Assembly: GCA_964472495.1 (NCBI GenBank)
Contig: CAYYLD010000001.1
Coordinates: forward strand, 21,294-85,293
Direction: 5' to 3'
Source of the DNA: an uncultured Candidatus Saccharibacteria bacterium
Lineage (GTDB): Bacteria > Patescibacteriota > Minisyncoccia > Portnoybacterales > UBA2143
Length of the DNA: 64,000 bases
Part shown: piece after piece, positions 46,445 to 56,312 of the stretch
How positions within the stretch are numbered: the first letter of the stretch is position 1
Layout of the letters: the number at the start of each line of letters is the position of its first letter
Notes under the pieces: model-generated
Seen by the model: only the letters and a program-made list of their open reading frames with translations
The model's database searches: none
What the model was told of the DNA's origin: nothing
Program-made: the position numbers and the translations under genes

Positions 46445-46754
46445 CTTAATTCCAATATACTATTTTATCTCTTTTTTGGCAAGCCCTTTTGCGGCGGCGA
46501 ACTTCGGCCGGCTCCCGTTAATCGGCCTGATTAAGAAGAAGCAAGTTTGTTTCTTTCTAATCCCAATTTCTGGTAAATTTGGTAAATCTTTTTCTTTTGT
46601 TCGGCTACGTTTAAAATCTCCCGTCTAAGGTGGGCCTTTTCTTGGCGAATATATTTACGGATACCTTCCGGCAATCTTTTTCTTCTGGTCATAATTCTAA
46701 CCCAATGAAAGGCCCTTGAGGAAAATTCAAGAGCCTGTTTTTTATTGATTTATT

Positions 46755-48194
46755 CTATTCCCCCTTAATCACGGCCAAAGGAACTAAGCGAGCCACTTTC
46801 TTGGATAAACCAGCCTGATGGACTACTTCAATAACATTATCAATATTCTTATAAGCCAAGGGAGCTTCCTCGGCTATCCCTCGCAAAGAATGACATTTAA
46901 CGACAATGCCTTTGCTCTCCAATTGTCTGACTACTTCCGGACCGGAAATTCTTCTTCTGGCGGCATGACGGGACATTGTCCGGCCAGCGCCGTGACAAGT
47001 ACTGAAAAAACTTTCCTCGCCTTCCTTGGTGCCGACTAAAACATATGAAGCTGTCCCCATACTGCCGGGAATTAAAACCGGCTGGCCAACCGACTGATAC
47101 CTGGCTGGTATCTCTGAATGATCCGGCGGGAAAGCCCGGGTCGCCCCCTTCCGATGGACAATAACTTCGGTTTCTTTTCCTTCAATAACGTATTTTTCCT
47201 TTTTAATAATATTATGGGCAACATCATAGAGGACTTCAAGTTTTTCTTCCGGACCCAAGATTTTCCGCCAGGCCTGGCTGGTATAGTAAGCAATCATATG
47301 GCGATTAGCCCAGGCATAATTGGCCGCTGAAGCCATAGCCGCAAAATAACGCTGCCCCTCTGATGAATTAAAAGGAACGCAGGCGAATTCCTTATCGGGA
47401 ACTCTAATCTTATACCTTTCCATAGCCGGAATCATTGTTCTTAAATAATCAGTGCAGACCTGATGGCCAAGTCCCCGACTACCAGTATGAATCATCAGAA
47501 CAACCTGGTCTTCAAATAAGCCGAAAGCTTTGGCTACTTCCGGGTTAAAGATTTGGGCTACTTTTTGGATTTCTAAAAAATGATTGCCAGAGCCAAGCGT
47601 ACCCACTTGGTCACGGCCTCGATTTTTAGCCCTTTCAGAAACAGTTCGGCTGTCAGCCCAATCTAATTTGCCGCCGGCTTCACAATTCTCCACGTCTTCC
47701 TTTCGGCCATAGCCCTGCTTTAACAGAATATTAGTCCCTCCTTCTAAAATTTTGTCGATCTGTTCTATGGTCAATTTTATTTTTCTCCCCCGGCCCAGTC
47801 CGGAAGGAACTTGATTTTGAATTTCAGTGGCTAATTTATCCAAATGAGGTCCAATTTCTTTTTCGGTATGTTCCGATTTTAATAAACGCATACCGCAGTT
47901 GATATCATAGCCGCATATACCGGGCGAAATAATGCCATCAGAAATCCTGATAGCGGCCACCCCGCCAATCGGACTGGCATATCCTTCATGCATATCGGGC
48001 ATGGCTAAAGCATATTTCTGGAGGCCGGGTAAAGTGGCTATGTTAACCAGCTGTTCAAGCGATTTATCTTCAAAGCTTCCTTCCAGCATCTCCTCGGAAA
48101 GATAAGCCCGGGCCGGTACCCTCATATCCGACCGAAACTTCTTGGGAATCTCCCAAAGATAATCGTTAATTTTGACTAAATCTTTCTTAATCAT
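46755..48194 (-). CDS. rtcB: RNA-splicing ligase RtcB
   Basis: 479 aa with metal-binding His/Cys positions including GSGNHFLEIQ and HTGSRGLGHQV, and a C-terminal KGE. Confidence 0.85.
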   Translation of the reverse strand: MIKKDLVKINDYLWEIPKKFRSDMRVPARAYLSEEMLEGSFEDKSLEQLVNIATLPGLQKYALAMPDMHEGYASPIGGVAAIRISDGIISPGICGYDINCGMRLLKSEHTEKEIGPHLDKLATEIQNQVPSGLGRGRKIKLTIEQIDKILEGGTNILLKQGYGRKEDVENCEAGGKLDWADSRTVSERAKNRGRDQVGTLGSGNHFLEIQKVAQIFNPEVAKAFGLFEDQVVLMIHTGSRGLGHQVCTDYLRTMIPAMERYKIRVPDKEFACVPFNSSEGQRYFAAMASAANYAWANRHMIAYYTSQAWRKILGPEEKLEVLYDVAHNIIKKEKYVIEGKETEVIVHRKGATRAFPPDHSEIPARYQSVGQPVLIPGSMGTASYVLVGTKEGEESFFSTCHGAGRTMSRHAARRRISGPEVVRQLESKGIVVKCHSLRGIAEEAPLAYKNIDNVIEVVHQAGLSKKVARLVPLAVIKGE

Positions 48195-48595
48195 ATGTCA
48201 AAAACTATTATCGCCTGCCACTGATTATTTGTTTCTTTAATCTCCAGTTGGTGATAAGTGGCTGCCTTAATCTCAAGCCGTTTCCGGTCAATTTTTCGGC
48301 CGGCTATCTTAGCTTTTAAGCGGTTTTTGGATAATTCTTCTATTTGGAAATTATTGTAAACTTTTTGGTTGAGGTCGCTGCGAGACAAAATCTCATTAAG
48401 CCAGTCAACTAAAAGAGAATTAAGGTCTGTTGATTTAATTTCTAATTGTTCCCATTCTTCAGCCGTCTTTTTAGCCGCCGGGTTCTGTTGTTCGGCTATA
48501 GCCAAAGCCGCATTAATAAAAAGCCCGGCTAAATCCTGACTATAAACTTTAATCTTTAAATCAGCTCTATGCTCTAAAAGCTCGTACTTCTTCAT
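48191..48595 (-). CDS. archease (RtcB activator)
   Basis: MKKYELLEHRADLKIKVYSQDLAGLFINAALA... matches the archease N-terminal signature. 134 aa. Overlaps the rtcB start. Confidence 0.75.
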   Translation of the reverse strand: MKKYELLEHRADLKIKVYSQDLAGLFINAALAIAEQQNPAAKKTAEEWEQLEIKSTDLNSLLVDWLNEILSRSDLNQKVYNNFQIEELSKNRLKAKIAGRKIDRKRLEIKAATYHQLEIKETNNQWQAIIVFDI

Positions 48596-48685
48596 GGTTT
48601 TATGATAACCATTTTCAAACCAAATTAAAAGGGCGAAGTGCCGAGAATAACACTTGCCCTTAATTCCTTGACCCGGCTCAAGTTC

Positions 48686-49066
48686 TTAAGCCGTCTTTTT
48701 ACAGGCCTGGGGAATAGAAATTTTCGCAGTTGATATCGGGTTTTCCCAAGGGGGACCCTCGCTAAAACAAAAGGATTCAACGGTTCCCGCTTCGATATCC
48801 ACTTCTAATGAAATTGCTCTTCCATCTCGGAAAATAACTTCAAATCTAAAAGGTTTACTGGTCCTCATCAACACCTTTTCAACTTTCGAAAGATTCCCGC
48901 CTACCGCTTCGGCCAAATCAATTAATCCAATAATACAATAATTGGACGGTATACTGATTATAACTTGCTCACCGTCCGAATCTACCTCGATCGAGGCCTT
49001 GGGCAGTTTGTATCTGGATGAAACAACAATCTTGGCCTTCGGCTTTTGCTCTTTTCTCTTAGTCAT
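48686..49066 (-). CDS. hypothetical protein
   Basis: 126-aa ORF with a basic N-terminus and no recognisable motif. Confidence 0.4.
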   Translation of the reverse strand: MTKRKEQKPKAKIVVSSRYKLPKASIEVDSDGEQVIISIPSNYCIIGLIDLAEAVGGNLSKVEKVLMRTSKPFRFEVIFRDGRAISLEVDIEAGTVESFCFSEGPPWENPISTAKISIPQACKKTA

Positions 49067-49151
49067 CCTCCCGTCCTCCTTCTTTAAAATTTATTAAGAA
49101 CCAATTTCTCGCCTTATGTTAACAAAAAATACCTAAGCGTCAAGTAAATAA

Positions 49152-50273
49152 TTACAGATAATAAATAATCTGGTAAATAATACCGAGGGCTAAGAGTAAA
49201 ATAAGCCCGTAGCTGACAAAAGTCGGCAGTTTCAGAGAATATTCCGGCTGGCGCTGGCCAATTTTTTTAGCTCTTTGATAAATAAAAACCAAAAGGATTC
49301 CATTGAGACCGCCAAAGGTAGCTCCCAAAAAGCCGATAATTGTAATAAAGTCACGTAAATAAAATAAATAGGCCGCCAAAGGAACAGAGCAAGTTAAAAC
49401 CCAGGCCAGATATTTATTAATCCGATAATCATACCAGTAAATCTTTTTTAAAGCTAAACCCAAAACCAAAAAAGAAGTGACCACAGCCAAAAGGCCGAAA
49501 ACAGCTCCCAGAATGATGGTATGATTTTCCAAGGTAACGACTAACCCCTGAATTGCTTCTGATGAGGTTTGCTGGCCAGTCACGCCAACAACGGTTAAAA
49601 TAAAGAGTAAATGGAGAAAGCCCGGCAAAAGAGTTCCCCAAAGAATCGCCTTTTTAAGTAACCGATAATTTCTTTTAAAAATTTCTCTCATTTCCGGAAT
49701 AGCTGTCCAGCCAGTGGCCGCCCAAAGAGTAACTCCGTAAGGCAGAAAAAAATAGGTCCAATTCCAAGTAGTTAAATTAGTCAATTTTATGGCTGGCCAT
49801 CCTTTAACAAAGATTAAAAGAACAACAATTATCAGAAACAAACTCATAACAATTTCTATTTGAGCAATTACCCTTAAGCCGAAAAAGATGGCCGAAGCAC
49901 AGACGGCGAAAAAAATTAAACTCCAAAAAAAATCAGAACCGCCAAAAATAGTTGCTAAAAATTTCCCGCCGACAATTATATAGGCCAGTAAGGCACCATA
50001 AAAAACAAAGACGGAAGTAAGAGCAGCTATTTTTCTTCCCCATCTGCCTAAGTATAGTTGGGCATAGCCAACGAAACGATGCTTGCCCGGCGTCCGTAAA
50101 ACAATTTCCCCATAAAATAAATGGAGCAGCAGGACCGCCCCAGTTAAAACAAACAAAAAAAGTAGACCGATTGAAAAACCGGACTTAGCCACTACATAAG
50201 GAACGCCAAAAATTCCCACGCCAACGACCGTACCGATTAAGGTAGCCGTGGCATAGTAGAAATTTCTATTCAT
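49152..50273 (-). CDS. amino-acid permease-family membrane transporter (aromatic/amino-acid transporter-like, about 11 TM)
   Basis: 373 aa, polytopic. The N-terminus ATATLIGTVVGVGIFGVPYVVAKSG resembles amino-acid transporter families. Confidence 0.5.
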   Translation of the reverse strand: MNRNFYYATATLIGTVVGVGIFGVPYVVAKSGFSIGLLFLFVLTGAVLLLHLFYGEIVLRTPGKHRFVGYAQLYLGRWGRKIAALTSVFVFYGALLAYIIVGGKFLATIFGGSDFFWSLIFFAVCASAIFFGLRVIAQIEIVMSLFLIIVVLLIFVKGWPAIKLTNLTTWNWTYFFLPYGVTLWAATGWTAIPEMREIFKRNYRLLKKAILWGTLLPGFLHLLFILTVVGVTGQQTSSEAIQGLVVTLENHTIILGAVFGLLAVVTSFLVLGLALKKIYWYDYRINKYLAWVLTCSVPLAAYLFYLRDFITIIGFLGATFGGLNGILLVFIYQRAKKIGQRQPEYSLKLPTFVSYGLILLLALGIIYQIIYYL

Positions 50274-50282
50274 TGAAGGTTT

Positions 50283-50558
50283 TTAATAATAAGTAGGTAA
50301 ATAACCCCGGGCAGTTAACCAGTTGACTAAATAGGAGTAAATTATCCCCCAAACAATAGCCACGACCAAAATAATCTTGGCTTCTTTTTTCATCTCTGGT
50401 TCAGTCCAAAAAGCCAGACCCAAAATTAGACCAGCAAAAATGGGATTGACAATGGTAATAATAATACCCAGCCAAAACCACTTTTTGCGAGAAGAAAGAG
50501 CAATTTTTTCTTTGCCAGAAGCATCGGCTAATGGGGAAAGAGATGTTCCCTGGTTCAT
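50283..50558 (-). CDS. small membrane protein (2 TM)
   Basis: 91-aa ORF with two hydrophobic helices. Confidence 0.35.
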   Translation of the reverse strand: MNQGTSLSPLADASGKEKIALSSRKKWFWLGIIITIVNPIFAGLILGLAFWTEPEMKKEAKIILVVAIVWGIIYSYLVNWLTARGYLPTYY

Positions 50559-50569
50559 TATTTTTTCCT

Positions 50570-50989
50570 TTATTTAATATGACTTTTTATTTCCCCGGCA
50601 ATTTGTTTCATTCTTCGCTCGGTTATTTTCTTGACATTCTCAAAAACAACCCCGCCGCCGTGACCGTCGTTTTCAAACCGAGGAATCAGCCAAACATGAG
50701 CGTGAGGAATACTTTCGCCGATTACTACGGAAACTAAAAAATCAGTCTTTAATGCTTTACGGACAGCTTTAGCTATTTTACCAACTACTTGGTAATACTG
50801 GCTAAGATTAGGCGACCTCCGTCTGTCCAGAGGCATATCCCAAACCCAACGAAAATGTTTTTTAGGAATAACTAAAGTATGCCCTGGATTAAGCGGTGTA
50901 ATTGACAAAAAAGCTAAATAATTTTTATCCTCGTATACCCGATAACCGGGCAATCGACCGGCGACGATTTTGCAAAAAACGCAATCCAT
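50570..50989 (-). CDS. HIT-family protein (histidine-triad variant HAHVW)
   Basis: The N-terminal region CVFCKIVAGRLPGYRVYEDKNYLAFLSITPLNPGHTLVIPKKH is typical of HIT hydrolases. The triad region reads PHAHVWLI, with the third His replaced by Trp. Confidence 0.65.
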   Translation of the reverse strand: MDCVFCKIVAGRLPGYRVYEDKNYLAFLSITPLNPGHTLVIPKKHFRWVWDMPLDRRRSPNLSQYYQVVGKIAKAVRKALKTDFLVSVVIGESIPHAHVWLIPRFENDGHGGGVVFENVKKITERRMKQIAGEIKSHIK

Positions 50990-50997
50990 AAATTTGA

Positions 50998-52323
50998 CTA
51001 TTTCCTAATTCTCTTTTTCACTTCTTTAATCACTCTAGTCAAGGGAACCGTCTCTTGAACTCCGGAAGTCATTTCTTTAATGATGATTGTTTCATCCAAG
51101 GCCTCTTTTTGACCCAAAATTAAGGTGAAACGGGCATTGAGCTTATCGGCTGTTTTTAATTGGGCTTTAATCGTATCGCGACTAAAAGAACTAGCCACCT
51201 CTAAGCCGGCCTGTCTCAATTCCTCAAATAGTTTAAGGGATTTTTTCTTGGCTAAATCACCTAATTGAATCAGAAAAATTAAGGGCCTTTTCCGTTGAGG
51301 GATTTTAATATCCCTTTCTTTAATCAAATCAACTATTCTGTCCAAGCCAATAGCAAAGCCAACCGCCGGCGTGTCCTTACCGCCTAGAAGTTTAATCAAA
51401 CCATCGTAGCGGCCGCCGCCGGCTAAAGCAATTTGGCGACCTTCTTCTCCTTCGGGCCAGATTTCAAAGACGGTCTTGGTATAATAGTCCAAGCCGCGAA
51501 CCAAACAGGGATTAAGAATATAGGGAATATTAATCTCATCTAAAAATTCCAAAACGCTCTTGAAATGGTTATGACAATCATCGCATAACTGGTCAATAAT
51601 TTGAGGCGCTTCTTGAGCCACTCGTTGGCACTTGCTCTCCTGACAATCTAACAACCTTAAGGGATTTTGCTTCAATCGTTTCTGGCAATTAGGGCAAAGT
51701 TCTTTTTTACGATTTCTATAAAAATTAACCAGTTTCTTCCGGTAAGCTGGCCGACAGACAGGACAACCGATACTGTTAATCTGAACGGTTAAATTTTTTA
51801 GAGACAATTCCCGGCTAATCGAAAAGAATAACTGGATTAATTGAGCATCAAGAACGGCTTCCTTCTCGCCAATAATTTCAAAATTGGCCTGATAAGATTG
51901 TCGATAACGCCCCTTCTGCGGTCTTTCATAACGAAAAATCGGCCCGATGCTGTAGAGTCTGATTGGATGAGGCAAACTGGACAGGCCACTTTCCAAATAA
52001 GCTCGCATAATGGCCGGGGTAAATTCCGGTCGTAAAGCCAAATACTCACCGCCCCTTGTTCTCAAGATATACATCTCTTTATCAATAATATCAGTGTTAG
52101 GACCGGTCCCCTTAATAAACAGATTGGATTCTTCCAGAATAGGTGTATCCAGACGTTCAAACCCATAAGCTCGGCCTAAATCTTTAATCACCTGTCTGAT
52201 TTTTTCCCAATAGAGCTGGTCAACCGGCAGGATGTCACGCATCCCCCTGACCGCCTGAAAGGTTTTCTTGCCACGCTTAGGCTTGATTTTCTTAATTTGT
52301 TTTTTTTTGACTCTAATTGACAT
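50998..52323 (-). CDS. hisS: histidine--tRNA ligase
   Basis: Class II aaRS motifs including FRYERPQKGRYRQ and GGGRYDGL. 441 aa. Confidence 0.85.
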   Translation of the reverse strand: MSIRVKKKQIKKIKPKRGKKTFQAVRGMRDILPVDQLYWEKIRQVIKDLGRAYGFERLDTPILEESNLFIKGTGPNTDIIDKEMYILRTRGGEYLALRPEFTPAIMRAYLESGLSSLPHPIRLYSIGPIFRYERPQKGRYRQSYQANFEIIGEKEAVLDAQLIQLFFSISRELSLKNLTVQINSIGCPVCRPAYRKKLVNFYRNRKKELCPNCQKRLKQNPLRLLDCQESKCQRVAQEAPQIIDQLCDDCHNHFKSVLEFLDEINIPYILNPCLVRGLDYYTKTVFEIWPEGEEGRQIALAGGGRYDGLIKLLGGKDTPAVGFAIGLDRIVDLIKERDIKIPQRKRPLIFLIQLGDLAKKKSLKLFEELRQAGLEVASSFSRDTIKAQLKTADKLNARFTLILGQKEALDETIIIKEMTSGVQETVPLTRVIKEVKKRIRK

Positions 52324-52324
52324 T

Positions 52325-52861
52325 TTAAAAAACGGTTAATTGGTCAAAAGGCCAAGCCCGTAACCAAACCCGGCCGATAATATTCTCTTTATTTAGGATG
52401 CCCCATTGACGAGAATCGGAGCTGGCTGAACGATTATCTCCCAAAACGAAATATTCATCCGAACCCAATTCTATTTTGGTTTTGCCCCAAGTGATAACGC
52501 CAGCGACCAAATAATTAGATTCATCTAATATTTTTCCCTGCGGCTCAGCCTGATTGTAGATAATAACCTGACCATCCCTTATCTCGACTGTTTCGCCTGG
52601 TAAGCCGACGATTCTTTTAATATAATACTGGGAAGGGTCTAAGGGATATCTAAAAACGACCACTTCGCCTCGCTGCGGTTCGCCTAATCGATAGCTAATT
52701 TCGTCAACGACCAGATACTGACCATTATCAAAATTAGGTGTCATTGAAGCGCCGCGAACAAAAAATGGTTGAATTAAAAAATAGCGGACCGGGATGATAA
52801 TAGCCAAAGAGATACTGACTATCTTGACTATCTCCCAAATAAAAAGAATTATCTTTCTCAT
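52325..52861 (-). CDS. lepB: signal peptidase I
   Basis: VRGASMTPNF (catalytic Ser box), KRIVGLPGE, VLGDNRSASSDSR. 178 aa. Confidence 0.85.
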   Translation of the reverse strand: MRKIILFIWEIVKIVSISLAIIIPVRYFLIQPFFVRGASMTPNFDNGQYLVVDEISYRLGEPQRGEVVVFRYPLDPSQYYIKRIVGLPGETVEIRDGQVIIYNQAEPQGKILDESNYLVAGVITWGKTKIELGSDEYFVLGDNRSASSDSRQWGILNKENIIGRVWLRAWPFDQLTVF

Positions 52862-52920
52862 AGTATTTTGATTCTAACCCATTTCTCAAAGAAAATCAAA
52901 TCTGATATACTGTATTAGTA

Positions 52921-53976
52921 ATGACTAAATTTTTAAAAACGGTCGGTTTAACTTTATTAATTCTAGCAGGGGTATTTTTACTTATTCAGTTCATTCCTGC
53001 TTCTTCAATAGAAATTTCTTCCGAAGGGGAAAAAGTCGCTCCCAAGAAAGAAACTAGTATCTTCAAGACTATTTCTTCGTTAGTTCTAAATGGAAAAAGC
53101 CAAGCTAATCAGCAAAATATTCTTCTGCTTGGCCAGCCGGGACCGGGCTATCTAGCGGCTAACTTAACGGATACAATTATCTTAGTTCATCTGGACCCAG
53201 AAGAATCCGCCAAAGACGGACCTCCGCCAGAGGCGGATGCGCCTCTGGAGCACGCCGCTGGCGGGAAATTAGTTTTAATTTCTTTACCGCGTGATTTACT
53301 GGTCAAGATTCCTCAGCAAGGAGGTCTGACTAAAATCAACTCTCTTTACTCTTTGGTCGGTATTGAAGGATTGAAGGAGAAAATAAGCGAAATTACCGGC
53401 CTAAACATTGACCATTATCTTTTAGTTGACTTGACCGTAGTTGAAAAAGTGATTGGTTTAGTTGGCGGACTTAATGTTTACGTCCCCGAAGATATCGCCG
53501 ACCCTTATTTCCCTGGCCCTAATTATACTTATCAGGTCTTTAATTTAGCGGCTGGCTGGCGTTATTTAGACGGTCAAACTGCTCTTAAATATATCCGGAC
53601 TCGCTATACTTCACCTAACGGCGACTTTGACCGAATGGCCCGCCAACAGCAGATTATTCGTTTACTCAAACAAAAAGTCCTGGCCCTCAATCCCTTATGG
53701 GACTGGCCTACTTACTTGAAAATTTTCCAGCAGTTGAAAAGTCATTTGCAAACCGACCTTGGTTTGATGGAAATGAAAAATCTTTATCAGACGGTCAAAG
53801 AGATAAAAGTAGAACGAATAAACCATTTAGTCATTGATAAAAAACAAACTGATTTATTGACTGGCGGATTAGTCCCTCTCGGCCAACAAACGGCTTCGGT
53901 TGTCTACCCCACAGCCGGCCAAGGAGATTATACCCAAATCAGAGACTATATTGAGAAGATAATAAATGAAGATTAG
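52921..53976 (+). CDS. LCP-family (LytR-CpsA-Psr) cell-envelope phosphotransferase
   Basis: N-terminal TM helix; HYLLVDLTVVEKVIGLVGGLNVYV and ALKYIRTRYTSPNGDFDRMARQQQII match LCP core motifs. Confidence 0.75.
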   Translation: MTKFLKTVGLTLLILAGVFLLIQFIPASSIEISSEGEKVAPKKETSIFKTISSLVLNGKSQANQQNILLLGQPGPGYLAANLTDTIILVHLDPEESAKDGPPPEADAPLEHAAGGKLVLISLPRDLLVKIPQQGGLTKINSLYSLVGIEGLKEKISEITGLNIDHYLLVDLTVVEKVIGLVGGLNVYVPEDIADPYFPGPNYTYQVFNLAAGWRYLDGQTALKYIRTRYTSPNGDFDRMARQQQIIRLLKQKVLALNPLWDWPTYLKIFQQLKSHLQTDLGLMEMKNLYQTVKEIKVERINHLVIDKKQTDLLTGGLVPLGQQTASVVYPTAGQGDYTQIRDYIEKIINED

Positions 53977-54189
53977 TGAAGATATACCTAATTCATTTTG
54001 AAAACATAGTGGAGAATTTTAGAAAATTAAGTCATTCTTAAGACAAAAATAACTGTCGGAAAACTCGCCCATAGGGCGAGGTAAACGAAACAGCGCTAAG
54101 TTTTTGCCGAAGAAAATGACTCTAATTTTCAAAATTCGGAGCTCCGTTTGAGAAATGAATCAGGCATACCTTCAAATGCTTATCAATTT

Positions 54190-54720
54190 ATGAAACTAAT
54201 TGTTGGCTTAGGCAATCCGGGAACTAAATATGGAAAAACCCGCCATAATTTTGGCTGGCGGGTTATTAATCAACTCCGCGAGCAATTAAAACTGACTGAT
54301 TGGCGTCCGGCCAAAAATTTCAAAAGTTCAATCTGTCAAGGAAATTTTAACCGTCAAAAAATTATCTTAGTCAAACCGGAAACCCTAATGAATAATTCTG
54401 GCTTAGCGGTTAAAAAGATAGCTAATTATTATCGGATTCCTACTGAAGAAATTTTAGCTATCCATGATGACATTGATTTACCTTTAGGCCAAATCAAAAT
54501 CCAGCAAAGTCGGGGAGCGGCTGGCCATAAAGGAGTTCAGTCAATTATTAATCATTTGGGCAGCAAAGATTTTATTCGAATGAGAATGGGCATCAGGCCG
54601 GCTCAAGCTGAAAATATTGATACCGAAAAATTTGTCCTGGAAAAATTCACTAACCAAGAGGAAAAAATCGTCCGAGCGACAATAGAAAAGGCCGCTCGTT
54701 TAATCAGAGCGGCTCTGTAG
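54190..54720 (+). CDS. pth: peptidyl-tRNA hydrolase
   Basis: MKLIVGLGNPGTKYGKTRHNFGW is the canonical Pth start. The track ORF begins 42 nt upstream; I trimmed it to this ATG. Confidence 0.85.
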   Translation: MKLIVGLGNPGTKYGKTRHNFGWRVINQLREQLKLTDWRPAKNFKSSICQGNFNRQKIILVKPETLMNNSGLAVKKIANYYRIPTEEILAIHDDIDLPLGQIKIQQSRGAAGHKGVQSIINHLGSKDFIRMRMGIRPAQAENIDTEKFVLEKFTNQEEKIVRATIEKAARLIRAAL

Positions 54721-54730
54721 TGCTCTTTGG

Positions 54731-54967
54731 TCAAATTTTGAGACCGAGTAGTTTTCTTCTTTTCTTTTCCCGTTTCGGAAGAGCCGGCGAGCAGCGCTCA
54801 TAAAGAAACCTTGCTATGATAGTTAAAAGCAGAAGGACTAGCCCGATTGTATAGCTGATTGCCCAATCAGAAAAATTAGAAAATTCGTCCAAATAGATTG
54901 AATACGAAATAGATAGACCAGCCAAAACAAAAAGAATAACATAAACTACCTTTAAAGTTTTTTTCAT
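54731..54967 (-). CDS. small membrane protein
   Basis: 78-aa ORF with two hydrophobic helices and a basic tail. Confidence 0.35.
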   Translation of the reverse strand: MKKTLKVVYVILFVLAGLSISYSIYLDEFSNFSDWAISYTIGLVLLLLTIIARFLYERCSPALPKREKKRRKLLGLKI

Positions 54968-55172
54968 CCATTTTTCCTTTATTTATAGATTGTTAAAAAT
55001 CTAAAAAATATTTAATCTACACAAGCCTACCTAGGAGCGTTAGGGACAAATTCACAAAAGCGAATCATCCCTAATACTTAGGCCTCACTGAACTTTTAGG
55101 AGGGATTAGCCCAGTTACCGGCCACTCGCTAGGCAGGCCTCTGTAGATTAATTCTGCTAATAGTATACCAAA

Positions 55173-56312
55173 ATGACAGAATTTGTCAAGGATGAAGTCT
55201 TGGAACAAAATAAGTCAAAAATTGGTCAAGCTAAATATTTTAATGCCTTTAACTTAATTGACGGGCTCGGTCCGATCGGCTTCAAAAAACTGTTAGCTTA
55301 TTTTACTTCCCTGGCCGAGGCCTGGTCAGCCGAAATTAGTCAATTTAGGCAAGCCGGCTTAGCCTCTTTGGTTATTGAACAAATCAGAAAACAGCGACGA
55401 TTGATTAATCCCGATGAGGAAATGGAAAAATTAACCAGAGAAGGAATTGACTTAATAACTATCTTAGATAAAAATTATCCTCGCCTTCTCAAAGAAATAT
55501 ACAATCCGCCAGCCCTGCTCTATCTTAAAGGCAAATTTAGCCCTCAAGATGAGTTCAGTTTAGCCATTGTCGGCACCAGAAGGTCTTCGCTTTACGGCCA
55601 ACAAATTACTCCTTTAATCACGGCGGACTTAGCTCAAACCGGCCTGACCATTGTCAGTGGCCTGGCCAAAGGAATTGATACTTTAGCTCATCAAGCCGCT
55701 TTAGCCGCTAACGGCCGGACCATAGCCGTTTTAGGGTCAGGTTTAGATAAAAAAAGTATTTATCCTTTTATTAATCGTCGCTTAGCTGAAGAGATTAGCC
55801 AACAAGGAGTGATTGTCAGTGAGTTTCCTACAGGGACTCAACCTCTAGCTCAGCATTTTCCTCAGCGCAACCGGATTATCGCTGGTTTAAGCTTAGGCGT
55901 TTTAGTCATTGAGGCGCCTGAAAAAAGCGGCGCCCTGATTACGGCCCGCGATGCTCTGGAACAAAATAGAGAAGTTTTTGCCATTCCTGGACCTGTTTCA
56001 TCAGAAAATTCCTTAGGACCTAATAATTTAATCAAAATGGGAGCTAAATTAGTCAGTCAAGCTAATGACATCTTAGAAGAACTTAATTTAACTCTCTTAA
56101 CCCAATCAGACCGGCAAAGTAAAGAAGTTGTTCCTGATAATCAAGAAGAGGCCTCAATTTTGGCACAGCTTTCTAATGAGCCAGTTCATATTGACAAAAT
56201 CATTAATCAAACTAAACTACCAACAGCCGTCATTAATTCAACCTTAATTTTAATGGAAATGAAAGGTAAGGTTAGAAATTTAGGCGGTCATAATTATATT
56301 TTAGGTTTATGA
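55173..56312 (+). CDS. dprA: DNA-processing protein DprA
   Basis: Rossmann-like core LAIVGTRRSSLYGQQ..., GLAKGIDTLAHQAAL, and a C-terminal winged-helix region. 379 aa. Confidence 0.85.
   Translation: MTEFVKDEVLEQNKSKIGQAKYFNAFNLIDGLGPIGFKKLLAYFTSLAEAWSAEISQFRQAGLASLVIEQIRKQRRLINPDEEMEKLTREGIDLITILDKNYPRLLKEIYNPPALLYLKGKFSPQDEFSLAIVGTRRSSLYGQQITPLITADLAQTGLTIVSGLAKGIDTLAHQAALAANGRTIAVLGSGLDKKSIYPFINRRLAEEISQQGVIVSEFPTGTQPLAQHFPQRNRIIAGLSLGVLVIEAPEKSGALITARDALEQNREVFAIPGPVSSENSLGPNNLIKMGAKLVSQANDILEELNLTLLTQSDRQSKEVVPDNQEEASILAQLSNEPVHIDKIINQTKLPTAVINSTLILMEMKGKVRNLGGHNYILGL

Noticed and set aside
46535-46693. Apparent basic small ORF on the minus strand between DUF458 and rtcB
   Set aside because: On recounting the T-run (6 T at 46677-46682) the frame hits a stop after about 12 codons. 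There is no ORF; the roughly 310-bp gap remains non-coding.
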